A DNA stretch of 64,000 nt from Glycera tridactyla. Lineage: Eukaryota. Below, one piece after another: positions 12,898 to 26,717 of the stretch; the stretch's first letter is position 1; each line of letters begins with the position of its first letter. The DNA lies in contig OZ286459.1 of assembly GCA_965644265.1 (NCBI GenBank), positions 144,398,001 through 144,462,000 of the forward strand. Direction: 5' to 3'. The notes beneath the pieces are model-generated. The model ran no database searches. It was not told where the DNA came from and worked only from the letters and a program-made list of their open reading frames with translations. Made by a program: the position numbers and the translations under genes.

Positions 12898-13478
12898 ATG
12901 GAAAAGCTCGTGGATGTTGTACGTAAGATAGGGTCGGGGGAGAAGAATGATGATGACACCGCCGATCGTCTATCTAACCGCTATACCGTCATGCTCATCG
13001 TCGTCTTCGCGGTCATCATCAGTGCTCAGATGTACGTGGGCAGTCCCGTTACATGCTGGGTTGACAAACACTTCACTGGCCCCTGGACCAAATACACCAA
13101 TGACTACTGCTGGGTGAAAAACACCTACTATCTACCCTACGAGGAGCCTATACCCGAGGAAGGTATACCTGAAAGTGATAAACGTATGATACCCTATTAT
13201 CAGTGGGTGCCCTTTATCCTGGCGCTACAGGCCTTCCTCTTTTATGCACCCAGTGCATTCTGGCATTCTCTCAATCAGGGAGGTGGAGTGGACGCCGATA
13301 GGATTTTGCAGTTGTGTAACGGTTTCGAGAAGAAAGTCGATAAAAAAGTGAGAGAAACGACTTTGAATGCCATCCGTACTATGATGCATCGTTTTCTTGG
13401 CTCCCGGAAAGCTGCACGCAACAAGAAGGTATCTCTCAAAGAATCCATCTCGGAAAATAGGAATATGGGATGGCGAAG
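12898..13478 (+). CDS. Innexin variable 5' coding exon B
   Basis: DDDTADRLSNRYTV, YVGSPVTCW, YCWVKNTYY, YYQWVPFILALQAFLFYAP. Strong start context CATCATGG. Donor AG|GTGGGT after 13478 is phase 2, giving ...MGWRR|FGCYL. Confidence 0.92.
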
Positions 13479-13619
13479 GTGGGTATCGTACGGAGCATTC
13501 AATCAACAATCCAATTTGTCTGTTTGGATGTCAACCCTGTCCTTTACAATGTGCATGAATAATACTGGTATATTCAGATGTGCAGTTATGGTATTTCTAC
13601 ACATCAGCTAGAGATGCTC

Positions 13620-13918
13620 NNNNNNNNNNNNNNNNNNNNNNNNNNNNNNNNNNNNNNNNNNNNNNNNNNNNNNNNNNNNNNNNNNNNNNNNNNNNNNNNN
13701 NNNNNNNNNNNNNNNNNNNNNNNNNNNNNNNNNNNNNNNNNNNNNNNNNNNNNNNNNNNNNNNNNNNNNNNNNNNNNNNNNNNNNNNNNNNNNNNNNNNN
13801 NNNNNNNNNNNNNNNNNNNNNNNNNNNNNNNNNNNNNNNNNNNNNNNNNNNNNNNNNNNNNNNNNNNNNNNNNNNNNNNNNNNNNNNNNNNNNNNNNNNN
13901 NNNNNNNNNNNNNNNNNN
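13620..13918. other. Assembly gap (299 N); further gaps at 15999-16282, 18294-18484 and 41021-41172
   Basis: N runs of non-round length, mostly flanked by microsatellites. Confidence 0.99.
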
Positions 13919-16900
13919 CGCCGCCACCACCAACACAGCAACAACATCAACAACAACAATCACCTTTCGGCGTTGCTATCAAAGTTGCATCCCTACCCAT
14001 GTCCATTGCAAAGGACATCACAATATAGCAGTATGGCGTGACGTCAAATCGAAACCAATGCTGCAATCAAGTATGGTCACCCTCACCAACCACCGCTGCT
14101 GCCACCACCAACACCAACACCACCAACACCAACACCAACACCACCACCACGGCAACAACAACCCACCCCATATCCATAAACAAGTGTGATGACTTTTATA
14201 ATGTTACTCCATGAAAATGATCTGGGTGTTCAAAATGCTTGACCTGAAAGAGTTTTAAGGTCGAGTCCGATTTGTTGATTGTTTGGTTAGATTTAACGTC
14301 CTTCAATCTCCTTGGCTTATATCAGACTGAACAATTGAAAATGGTGAAGAAAGGAGGCATGCAGCCAGGGGTTACCCCCAACTCTTCGCGATGGACATCA
14401 GTGGTTCTCTCACGTCCTTACTGGAAGACTCCCATACACACGGGCGGGCTTTGTTATCCCAGTCGGCATGTACTGGGTTCCAATTGTTAGATGCATTTTC
14501 AGAGAATATATTAGTAGTCACAGAAACTAGTAGCTAAGCGCCACAAAACATTTTTACTCAGGTTGATGGTTGCTCCTCTTCTTCAACATCCCATGATGAA
14601 CTCACGGATATTTGCTTTTTCATAAGATGGTGTACAAACAAGACGTGAGTCGACATATTTATTTGAGGTTCGACAATACCATCCAGGTATTCCATCTTGA
14701 ATATAGAGAAAAGCTGAGTCATTGCATGTGCGACATGTGGAATTCGTGAACACAAAGCATTGCAGAATACTCAGTCCATCATCCATTATTTATTGATCAC
14801 ACAGCCCAGCAGCCTCATTACTGTTCCTCATTGTGACGTCACAATCGGTTGCCATTGACGATTCCTCCAAATATTCCTATAAATCTCATGCATTTCACCA
14901 GTCGGGTTATCCTGTGTATGTTCTGAGTTATTGTAGGTATGGAAAAGTTTCAGTTTATCTTACTGAGCTGTGTCCCCAATCAGCCAAGGATTGGAATCAA
15001 GAGTTTCCTATGTCTGACGGTAGTTTATTTGATATTTTGTATAATTCTACAAGCTCATCGAAGGGTGCCTGCACCAAGTGAGATGCAAAATGACTATAAT
15101 CTGGAGACGAATATTCAGCTGTGTTTACTTATAAACCTTTCACTAGAGTTGGTGAAGGTGTAAAAAAAGCATGGAGTGTTGGGTTACTCCTGTTAGACGT
15201 TTGTCAGGCAGGATCTGGCCTACATAACATCGCAAACATGCTGGACTTGAAGTCTTATATGTACCAGATGATTCAGCCCACAACACCGTGATCTTAGAAG
15301 ACGGACTGTATGCCCATCCGTTACTACTAATAGGGTGTCACCCTTACTGCATCAACAAGTCATGCCACGCCAAGAGTGACTTAGTGAAGACAAATCAGAC
15401 ATGTGGTATTGTAATTCAAGTCATTGTCGATTCTCATGCTGAAGTTTCTCCGAGTCAACCATCACTACTAATAAGACTCATTGTATACCTCCGCAGGTCA
15501 CTAGATTTCTGATTTCATGGCATATGATGGTTTTGTTCAATATTGATGGGTGTCTGCTATATTATACGAGATTGTAATCTATATAGAACACAGGAGGAGA
15601 GGGCGCTAATGCTTAGTGTGTGACCTTCACGCAGGGTGTTGGATCAGATTGCAGGGCGACCCCTGCTGTTTGATGCCTTCTTACGTATACAGTTCTTCAC
15701 CGAGGTCACATATGTGACTAAGTAGGTCACGACACATACACTCTGGTAAGAATACGACGCAATACCCCACCCCACCCCACCCAGTCTGTCAACGTCCTGT
15801 GATACATGAGTGAGCCCATCATAGATGTTATAGCATGCTATACCATCTATGATCCCATTGTAAACGTTCTGATCACCAACTTGTGATTTTTGTCAAATAT
15901 GGGGAAGGTTTGAACCCCACGAAAAAGATGTGAAGTGCCCCTGATCCCTCCGAGGAAAGGCTGCCATAAAATGCACGTTATCATCGTCATCGTCATCGNN
16001 NNNNNNNNNNNNNNNNNNNNNNNNNNNNNNNNNNNNNNNNNNNNNNNNNNNNNNNNNNNNNNNNNNNNNNNNNNNNNNNNNNNNNNNNNNNNNNNNNNNN
16101 NNNNNNNNNNNNNNNNNNNNNNNNNNNNNNNNNNNNNNNNNNNNNNNNNNNNNNNNNNNNNNNNNNNNNNNNNNNNNNNNNNNNNNNNNNNNNNNNNNNN
16201 NNNNNNNNNNNNNNNNNNNNNNNNNNNNNNNNNNNNNNNNNNNNNNNNNNNNNNNNNNNNNNNNNNNNNNNNNNNNNNNNNNGCTGGCAGCGTTGTCTGT
16301 CTGGCTGGCAGCGTTGTCTGGTTGTCTGTCTGTCTGTCTGAATAACATCGGTGATATTTTACTTTTCTTGAGTCCTTCTCCAGCCTCTACAAATCAGGGG
16401 TTCAGAATTCAGAAGCAGCCAATGGATGGCATATGGCATGATATTGGATGCTATGTATTCATATTTTGAGATACCATATCCCAGATACGATAACCATTTG
16501 TTGGTCGCCCCACTCCTCCTCCAAAGGCTTCTGGGCATCTATCCCCCAACCCAACCCCATCCCCTTGTCTAATATTCGGCGTCTGGAGGTGTCGAATCTA
16601 GGCAAGAGTTTGACGACCTCATCTGGTTTGAGTTTCTTGGCAAGTGGTGTGACTGGGTGCTAATATCAGGGACTGTTCTGCTACCCTGTGTAGTTCTCAT
16701 TTGTACCAGCCACTTGAACCAATTCTGTCACCATTCCGGGGTGAAAACTGATAAACTTTTGGCTTTGATGTCCTTCAGACAGGTGAAGCGAGATTTTGAC
16801 ATGTCCTCGATAATTTCACCTGTCCGCCGGCATAAATGGTAATCATAGACTAAATGATGGTAAGGTACCTTCACCTAGGGCAGCTAGTCTGATGAAATCA

Positions 16901-17360
16901 TCCGCTTTAACATGAAATCCACCCGCATGTAGGATAGCACTTGCCGGAGAGGCCTGCTTCATTATTCAGTGATTTTCAAAATGACTGACTGTATTCTTGG
17001 ATGGAACATAAGTGGGCCAGCCCAGGTGAACTCTTGTGGTTGATTGGGTGGTTGGTTGTTTGTTTATGAATCTACTGAGCACCATCTTTGATATATTGAG
17101 ACGCCCATGCAATGAACATGAGTGGTTTCATTCGAGATTCCTTCCTCTGAACCCCCATCCGACGGTGAAGAATATATGAATTTCACAGACACCCAAGAAA
17201 ACATTTGACCAACGTGTGAACCTGCGAACTTGGGACTCATTTACATGACCTTGATTAGGTCAGGTATTGTAGCCATTGTGTAATGCCGTGATCATGGGAA
17301 ACATTTTTGGGCCTCCACTTAGTCGACTGGAAATAGTGAATGCCACTGCTGTCTGTTATA

Positions 17361-17500
17361 CAGTAGAACCTGTATTGAGCGACCACTTTATTCAGCAACC
17401 ATCTGTCTGGAGTCGCCACTTTCTTATATCCCGCCGAGGTATTTTTCACTGTAATCAGCCTGTTTTAAGCAACCACCTAGCTGTCCTGAGCAACCGCTTA
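17361..17500. mobile_element. Degenerate Tc1/mariner-type MITE relative (one TIR); similar remnant at about 55144-55235
   Basis: TA-CAGTAGAACCTG start and internal GACCAC/AACCAC repeats resembling the reverse of the 22400 MITE. Confidence 0.55.
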
Positions 17501-17719
17501 CTCATTTTCCGGGCATGGTTTCTGAATCCAGGTCCTGCTGTATGCCAGACAGTTGAAACCCGTGGCATAGAGTAGTATGGTAGGTGACTGAATGTTTAGC
17601 CTAAACTTTAGGAAAAGGGAGTTCACAGTAGGGCTGACGAATCGAATACAGCAGGCAGTTACGTCAGTGAAGGAGAGGGTCTCCAAATGGCTCAACTCAC
17701 ACGGATTCCTCTTCAAAAT

Positions 17720-18040
17720 AGTCTGACTATTATTAGAAACACGCCGGCTCGGCTAAATGTCGGTTTCCTTGGTGAGTGGTCGTGAACGCAGTGGACCGTG
17801 ACGTTAAATCATTCTCACACTCACTAAAAGTAGAAATGCGCAGCGGTTGGTTTCCGCTGGAGATGGATGGTCACCTGACTGGGAGTTTTGGTGAAGCTGC
17901 GGGCGACAGGCGGCTGTACTCTTGCCAACTGTGGTGATGATTAACAATGGGTCTAGTATGCAAAGATACAAGCCCCGACGTCCGGGACGCCATTATTGGG
18001 CCTCAGCCAATCAGAAAGTGTGACATCTGCTAGGGAGGCT
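17720..18040 (+). promoter_or_regulatory. CpG-rich promoter-like patch, candidate 5' non-coding exon/promoter for innexin isoform C
   Basis: CpG enrichment, donor-like TTG|GTGAGT at 17771/2, GCCAATCAG at 18006. Motif-level evidence only. Confidence 0.25.
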
Positions 18041-19760
18041 ACTCTTCATTATTTATCATCCATCTATTCGATTACCTAATGATCCATTCATGCCAGCTCA
18101 TCGACAGTTTTCGATTCAAATGTACTGGCAGATTTCACTTTTTTACACCCCACAGGGGACGGGGGCTGGTCATTACACTTGTCTCCAGATTTGAAAACCT
18201 CAGTCACTATGGCGTCTCAATGAAAACAATTGTTCCTGAGGTGACCATACTGAAGTCTTCAGTACATCGTTTCTTCATTGTGGGGAATCACCANNNNNNN
18301 NNNNNNNNNNNNNNNNNNNNNNNNNNNNNNNNNNNNNNNNNNNNNNNNNNNNNNNNNNNNNNNNNNNNNNNNNNNNNNNNNNNNNNNNNNNNNNNNNNNN
18401 NNNNNNNNNNNNNNNNNNNNNNNNNNNNNNNNNNNNNNNNNNNNNNNNNNNNNNNNNNNNNNNNNNNNNNNNNNNNNNNNNNNNCGTTCGTTCGCTCGTT
18501 TGAGTTTACTGGATTGCGTATACTGAGATCTCCAGATCTATGAACGCTGGACCATGGAAGAAGAGGGGCTTTCATGGCTGGACACTGTCCTTTGCTGGCT
18601 CACTCTCACACACCCTGAATATGTGGTGTTGAGTAACCAGAAATAGTGTCAAAAAGTTGAAGAATCCTGCAAATCAGAGACACCTTTACATACATCAATA
18701 TACGATGTGATTTGAGTGTGGTGGCTGAGGTGTCTCCTGGCATATGATAGTGGTGGAAAAGTGGTGGTGGCGGCGGCCGCGGCGATGGGGATGACGATAG
18801 ACATTATTGTCATCAAGATCATTTGAGTGTGGTGGCGGATATGGCAGTTATGTCCGCAAGATGCCTTTGGTTGGTCGGTTGATTCATCTAAGTCGCATGA
18901 AAACAACCTAGGCTGTAGTGAGCCGCAACCCAGTGCACGCTGACTGGGAAATCGAAGGCATGGCAGTCTATTTCCACGTGCACACGTAAAAGACCCACTG
19001 CTGTGATCCACAAAGAGCAGGGATTGCCCCCAGCAACGGTGCCTCGTTTCTTCAGCATGTTCAATTTTTCAGTCTAATTGAATCCAAAATGTTTGAAAAG
19101 ACGTTAAACCAATCAGTCTGTGTGCAGACGCACATACAATGACTATGGCTGAGATCATTCAAGACTCCTCCTCCTCCCCCCAGTTACTTCTCCCCCAGGT
19201 TCCCAAACGGTGGATGGAATTTTAAGGTCCTCAACAGACAGCCAAAGGTTGCTTTCTGGGTGGCACCAGTGCAGCGTTCTGTTTCTGACTTGAGACCGGT
19301 ATGTGACCAGTCATGATGAATGGTTATAATTCTGTGTGGGGTGCCACCCCTGTGTATGACACCTACATGGTTCCGCGACCTCAGTCGCCAGAGAAAGTCG
19401 ACTGTTCTCACTGCTTTCACAGATGCGGATCTCTTACAAAAACGCCTATCTACATCCTTGTTAAGCATTCCTTTATTCTGAGGGTGATTGGATCCTATCC
19501 CAGCAGTAGGTGGGCTCGTTGACAAAGTGTTCCATTGCTCACCAAGGTGGCAAAATCAACGGAGCTCATTGTTTCGCCGAAGGACTTCACCCACCACGCC
19601 ATTCCGGATTGTTTCACTGGCCACTGACTGCCAATCTGTCATACATCCATCATGGACACATACCATACCTGACTATGGACATTTTATTAGCATAACAGAG
19701 TAGTTGGGATATTATATTTTGTTATTTATCAGCATTAATCAAAATACGTAATCTGCAAAG

Positions 19761-20332
19761 ATGCATGATATTGTGAAGGTTTTCACGGATGTGGAAGATT
19801 CGGTGCAACGTGATGATGACTTTACTGACCGTCTTAATAGTCGTTATACTGTGATAGTACTGGTGGTGTTTGCCCTGGTGGTCAGCATGCACCAATATGT
19901 GGGAGATCCCATCGATTGCTGGGTACCACAGCATTTCACTGGCGCTCACACCAAATACGCCGATTCCTACTGCTGGGTACGAAACACCTACTATCTCCCT
20001 TTCGATGACCACATTCCCGAAGCGGATGATGAAAGTGTGCGAAAAATGTTACCCTATTACCAATGGATTCCCTTCATCCTTCTTGCACAGGCTTTGATGT
20101 TTTATATCCCAAATGGCTTGTGGCACTCCTTAAATCAGACAGCTGGCGTGGATTCTGATAGTATCCTGTCCACAGCGCAGACATTTAATAGTACAGCACA
20201 GGCCGATAATCGTGATGATCTTCTGATGATTATACGTAATCAGATGGACAGGTTCCTCCGAAATCGCAAAAAGGGTGGTCGGAAAGGCGACTGGAAAGGT
20301 GCATTCGCCAGAAGGGAATTCTCCGGAAGAAG
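19761..20332 (+). CDS. Innexin variable 5' coding exon C
   Basis: DDDFTDRLNSRYTV, QYVGDPIDCWVP, YCWVRNTYY, YYQWIPFILLAQALMFYIP. Donor AG|GTATGG after 20332 is phase 2, giving ...FSGRR|FGCYL. Confidence 0.93.
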
Positions 20333-21789
20333 GTATGGGCATGTGAGCAGACATGATGATTACGGCAATATGATCACTGCCCTGGGGCATTGTATGATGA
20401 TGCAATAGCTGAATGCCTGGCTGTCTGACTGGTTTGCTGCTTGGCTGGCCAATTCTCCTTCACATCGTGCTATACCGAGACGCCCTCTGTCAAGCGTGAA
20501 CTTCCATCGATCTAAGATTGTGGTCGTCTTTGAGAATTATTGGATTTCATAGACACCCAATATCGTCATTCCTGATAAATAAGCCAGTTTTCTCTGACAT
20601 GCAGGTGTTAGGTCGGAAAAACGACTAGAAAGGTACCCGTTAGATATGAATCTCAAAGTAACGTGGGGGAGTCTTAATATAGCCACCGGCTCACCCCTCA
20701 AAGATTTTTATAAGAATTATTATATCTATTATTATTGGATTTTCAACAATAATAATAATGATAATGAACCTCTTGATTTTGAAATGAAGGAAATATATAT
20801 CATGCCTCAAAATTGCAGGTCTATGTTTTGGACATCTGTCCCTCAGAAACCCCTCTTAATTGAAGTCCATTCATATCAATTCTCTATCAGGGACCTATTG
20901 TAACAAGGACTTTTCAGACTGTCATTTCAGTGTCTACACTAAGCCCCCTGTCTCCACTTGGCCCTCTTTATGTAATACTTAAAGCTTCACCTAGAATGAA
21001 AGCCCCACTATCAATGGAGATAATTGATAATTACCCTCACCTGCCCCCACCACAGATTGCAGCTTTACTCACCCCCCCCCCCCCCCCCAGTGTCTTGGAA
21101 CTCACTTCACCCAGAATTGGGGTGGTAGGGGAACCGACCCCTCAACTAATCAGGAGAGCTCAATCTAAATATGCATGTAGATGCACCTGAGTGATGATGA
21201 TCTGACTTATATGTTTTAACCCATGAGCAATCATCTGGTAGGAATTTCGGCTGAGAGGGAAATCTGAAGAAGGGCCAACTTGGAGATTGTTCTTCAGTTG
21301 GAACTTGGGTAGCAGTCCTGATCTACCTGGGTCCTTCTTTGTCAGATGATGCTATTTTGGTTGTTTAGCAGCCAAAAAATACTGTTATATGTCGCATCAC
21401 ATCCTCGTTTGGACTTCTCACTATAGCCACCTCTACATACACTATTAGTAACGATCCCAGAGTGGGGTATACGACCTCACACAGGCATACACACGCACGT
21501 CGATAATTGAGGTAGTGCCCCTTTATAGGAGAGAGAAAGAGTGGGTCATTGAATTGCAATTAACTTGATCATGCTGGTAGCTGGAAGTACTCCCCAGAAT
21601 GTCCGTGGCGGACAGATCGTGTACTCAAACTCAAACTCAAACTCAAACTCAGTGTCAGGGCAAGGGAAATGTATGGGTGGTGGTTGGGTGGGTCATTGTC
21701 GGAGTGTATTGATGCAATGAACCTCCATGCTATGGCCCAAATGTATGCTAAACTTGATGAATACTGATAAGCGAATCGAGCAACTTCAT

Positions 21790-21960
21790 GAAATCAAATC
21801 CCCCCCCCCCTCCCCACCTTATGTGAATTTCATAGTGTCACTCTTCATTTGGGACCCAGAAGTAGGAGTCTCGAGTGGTTTAATCATACCCACTGCACGG
21901 GCGTCTCAGTATAGCCCAGATATTGTCCATGGAGCATGAAACAAAACAATCAATCAACCG
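21790..21960 (+). repeat. Best-preserved copy of a dispersed SINE-like family
   Basis: The core TGCA(T/C)GGGCGTCTCA(A/G)TATAGCCCAG recurs near 8037, 17092(-), 21891, 24285, 33581, 42266(-), 42678(-) and 42825(-). This copy ends in an AAAC/AATC tail. Confidence 0.6.
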
Positions 21961-22399
21961 CTCCCTACCACGGAAGGAAAGCAGAACCATGTGGCGATGC
22001 ATATTAGACTACACAGCTGCTAGTGTTTATGGTAACTGAGAACCACCTCAAAGTTAACCTGAAAGATGATACTGTGTTACTGCGTATATTTGTCCGCGGG
22101 GGTTCACGCTTGGGTGTATGTAATGAAGATGTCCATTGTGGGGAGACGTAACCACCCAACACTGATAACGTAGAAAAATCATCCTGCTGAACAATAATGT
22201 TAGCCTACTGCTGATGAGAAGATTGAAGGTCGGAGAACAATAGCATCGCTATCCGTTGTCATTATTAAACGGGAGAGGGGTGTGAGCTTTACCGAAACCA
22301 AATATTCACGCCGAATAATCGGTATGGTCAGTCCGATATAGGAAGATTTCAATGGATTCAGAGATCATTCTGAATTGATTTGTTCACTGAAGATATATA

Positions 22400-22559
22400 C
22401 AGTCGAACCTGTCTATAAAGACCGCCTTCGGTCGCATAAAAAAGCGGTCTTTATTGGCAGGTGGTCTTTATAGAGAGGTCATTTACTGTTGAAAATACTA
22501 CCACAGTCGCAGCTTAGGTGGTCCTTATAGAGAGGTGGTCTTTAGAGCAGGTTCGACTG
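22400..22559. mobile_element. Tc1/mariner(pogo)-type MITE, 160 bp
   Basis: TIRs CAGTCGAACCTG / CAGGTTCGACTG, flanked by TA on both sides. Confidence 0.9.
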
Positions 22560-23145
22560 TATATGAACTCGTACTGAATGTGTGTGTTGTGACTGTGTGA
22601 AATACGTACAACCTCATGATCGAGGAATCCACTGAGGCTAGGCCGGTCCTTAATTCTGGAGACGGAGAAATCTATATCACAATATTTCAGATAGACTTGC
22701 TGGTCAAAGAGATTACCCTGAATGTGAACGAGTGAGAATATGGTGTTCATTGACAGGAGCCCCCCCCCCCCACACACACACACACGCACGCACACACACA
22801 CGAGCGCGCGCACACATACACACGTGTGCGCACGCTATGTTAGTCAAAAAGTAACACAATGAATAACTGTGAATCCCATATAATCCCACCTCATTGTCTG
22901 TGAGTTGAGGAGACACAGAACGTCCAGTTAACCAAGCGACCCACATCGGAAGTAAGTTAAGGTTGGGAATAAAAAGAAGATTGTTTTTGTACATCGTGTG
23001 AGCTATGTCCGGCATTCGGTCGTGTTCAAACAAAAAGTTATCCCTTGAATGAATGCAACTGTCGAGTTGTGGGTTGACGCCATAGCAGAATACATCATAG
23101 CCGACTCGGATAAACTATGGTTCTCTCTAGCCAGCGACACAAGTA

Positions 23146-23306
23146 CAGTCGATCCTGTCTATAAAATACCACCTTCGGTCGCACCAAAAATGGTCTTTGA
23201 TGACAGGTCATTCACTGTTGAAAATACTATCACGATTGCAGCTCAGGATGGTCTTTATAGACAAGTTGTCTTTATAAAGAGGTGGTCTTTGGAGCAGGTT
23301 CGACTG
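23146..23306. mobile_element. Same MITE family, second copy
   Basis: TA-CAGTCGATCCTG ... CAGGTTCGACTG-TA; the interior matches the 22400 copy. Confidence 0.88.
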
Positions 23307-26300
23307 TAGTTTGCGCAAATTCAGTGAAATTTATTTCGACAGGTGATCTAAAATTTCATCACTCATAGATATCTGGAATATATTTCTGAGACATGATTCC
23401 GTCACACTTTTCGTATCACAAGTGACTTGTGCACGTTGTGTGCATGAATTCTTTGAACGAAGTGCCAGTCTGGCTTCATCCAGTCAGATATGCACACAAA
23501 CCTTACTTTGTCTTTGGTTCGGATGTCCCGTCCTTTCAAATTTCAGTACTTCAAATAAAACTATGAATGGGAATGCCTCGAATCCTGTGATAGCCTGGTA
23601 ACGACGAGAGGATATCTTCTTTCATGATTTAGTCTACAGTCCTACAGTCGACCGTTTCCAGTCATCTGTCGAGTTGGTATAAGATGAGTGCGTCGGAATG
23701 TCGGGAGGGGACGCTTGTAACCGGAAGTGGGATTACACGCATTCAGTAACGACTGTAACTACTTGTATATGTAGGTGTTCGAAGGCAAATACCTGCAGTA
23801 AGACTCCGTGAGTGTTCATTGGGTATGTATTGTTCGTGAATAGACTGACATTCACAGAAGCCGCGCAGCTTGATGGAGGGGAGAGCTATTTTTTCGGCAT
23901 TCTTTTCGCTGATAATGCCTGTCTTTATATCACCTAATATGCATCAGAGAACTATCCCTACACTGTGAAAGGGTCTTATGTGTCTAGTCTGGCCAAGAGT
24001 ACAGGATACTTGTTCGTCATAGTGGATCGCTATCCTATCAACTTATGCCCTCAGACTCACTGAGAACAGACATAGCTCTTAACAATCCGAACATATTATC
24101 GAATATTTTGCTTCAATGCCCTCAGTATTTTGTCTGATGGACCAGTGCCGGTCCGGTGCTGATCAACCATCACTCTAGTAACCGACCCTTACCAAATGGC
24201 ACCTAGAGTGTCTGTGGATTTCATAAAATTTGGCCTTCTGTTGGGAACCCAGGAGGAGAAGTTTTGCATGATCTCAAACGTTTCCATAGCATGGGCGTCA
24301 CAATATAGCACAATTCGAGCTAAACCACAACTTACCAACCAACCAACCATCACCAAAAGTGAAGATCGCGGGCAAAGAGTGGTGATGATCTCTGTCTACT
24401 GAGTGTGCGAATGTACATAGGCTTTGGCTAAATAACCCTGGTATTTGCTCACCCGACAAACCGTGTCAACAACATGATCATGTGAAAACACCTGAACTAT
24501 ATACTGCTGATATTTGTCTACCTTCTAACACGATTCACTGTGGCAGGAAACACGAGGAGAAACTCCCAGGAAGGAGGCTATGACCCGACACCTATGGGCA
24601 TTGTCCTGTGACCTGCTTCGAGTTGTTGGTCGGCAGGACCAGTTCCATTCTGATGTTTTGGCAGTAGATCAAAATATGAACTCTACCAAATATGACCCAA
24701 ACTATTTGTGTATCTTCAGCCAGAGCCCAAGAGCCTCAGTCGATATAGATTTTCTCCGTTCAGTACGGTCTCAGTTTTCGAAATGTCATTCTTGAAGTTT
24801 GAATCGAGTGCAATAAAGCCCGTATTCAAACGAAGTGAATAAGAATCAGATGCGTCATGTGTAATGTAAACAACTTGATATGTCATCTGAACCCAGGTGA
24901 TGAAACAGCGTGGATTGAGTCTAGACGAGCGTCTCAACACGATAATGCCTGTATGTTGACTATATGTATTGCTATGCATGGGTGGGGTGTATACTATACC
25001 GTTCCACGAGACACCGACCACATCGGTGACATTGTCCCTGGTCATACATTTGGTCTGTATTTCAAAGTGTATGATATCCATGGCGTACTTGGAACTTCAC
25101 TACAAGGATGCCAATCAGTTCGAATGTGGATTAGTGACTACTCTCCTATTTCACGAGTGGTGCTACTCTGCAGAATCAAGATATTTTCTAATCATCGATT
25201 CCACAAGTACCATGGGCTACCGTGTGAATCACTATTTCCCCAATAAGTAAGCAATGAATATTATTGTATCAAAGGAGACGGGCTGATCCCCACGCCTTTA
25301 AAATTCGTGTGACAAATACCAGAGTCAATCCTTTTGCCCTCTGCCCGGGCCCCCATCAAACATATCGGTATATGTACACAATTATGATTGGATCTCGAGT
25401 ATGAATAAGAATAGAAACAATATCTATGTGAATTACAATTAAAATTAACCTAGCAGTTTACTATGAACTCTTCGAATTCAACAGTGTGGATCCTTCTTCG
25501 ACACAAAGTTAATGTAAAGCCCCGCAAGAATGTGGATGTGAACAGGAAACACGGATATTTGATGTCATCAGATCTCCTTCATAGGTTCCTGTATCTACAC
25601 ACCACATACTGCACTTCCCGGAACTTGGTGGTGACTAAATCAACCTTCCTTTCCTAGATTCATTGAGGCATCCAGTTTGTTTTCCCCATCTTGGGTCAAG
25701 GCAAAGACTCTATCATGATAATCATTATAGGGTCTTTGGTTAAGATCGCCATTGCTTGGTGTAAATTGTCATCAGTGTTTTAGCCAGAACTTAACAGGGT
25801 GTCTAAAATAGAGATTCAGCTAACTTTTTAAAATAGATTGTTTGAATCCTCCTCTCTCGTACTTGCATGTGCGTGTGTGCTGATTCCCGAAGAGGGCTAT
25901 CATTTGTGCATGTTTGTAGTCACTTATAATTGCATCACCGCAACCTAGGACCATTGTTTTCAGATCCCCGATAGGCACTAACCACCTCACCCAGCCCTGG
26001 TCGTGTGTAACCCATGTCTGTTTGCTAGTTTTTAATTCAACACTTGGGAACCCACATCTCTCACGTAGTCTGTGACTAGGGCACCTTTATGAAGCATACT
26101 ATAGGCTTCCTGACACCCAAAGTTCATCTTCCTACAAAGACCACATTTGTTGCGTCCGTGAGTCTTTGTAGGCAGGTTGGACTGTATGATGAATCCGACT
26201 TGGAGACGGTCATGAGTGAGTGGAGTACTCTCTCTATCTTCCAATGAACCACCCGGATACAGAATCTGATACCATGTGGATGAAGCTTGCTAATCGGCGA

Positions 26301-26717
26301 TTTCTGATCGAATTTCTACTTCCTTTGAAACTTGCTTGTATTTCCTCCTTGTTTACGCACTGGATGTTCAATTGATGTTCGTTTCCTTGATTCGCTCTGT
26401 AACAGAGGTCCTTGGCAATGTTTATTCTGAGTCTGTCTGCGTCAATATTTTGGAATTATACGTGTAACATCACATGAAACACAGATGTTCCATAATTACT
26501 TGAGCTATACGGGTGGATGATATTATATTCGGTGTCTTCACTTGCGTTAAGCCCCCGTGTAATTGCTTAACGACTGGCGCTAACGCAGATCTCCCTATTC
26601 TTTTTGTAGACAGGTTTGGTTTCTCTCCGATCATATAAGGAAATTCCAGGCAGTCAGTGAAATCAGAGTTTGGCTGCATTGATTAATCACCTACTCGTTG
26701 TTTTTTGTTGTTGACAG

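Noticed and set aside
13479-13611. ORF-track C-terminal extensions of the innexin exons (also 20333-20408 and 4729-4732)
   Set aside because: These are read-through into introns past clear GT donors and have no innexin similarity.
13578-14189. ORFs spanning N runs (also near 16 kb, 18.3 kb and 41 kb)
   Set aside because: Artefacts of gaps and flanking microsatellites.
15180-15230. RSCLTN (CR1 RT-like) peptide on the minus strand
   Set aside because: An isolated six-residue match followed by a stop; insufficient for a call.
24857-25250. Possible lectin/WSC-like coding remnant
   Set aside because: No recognisable conserved motif and no supported splice sites.
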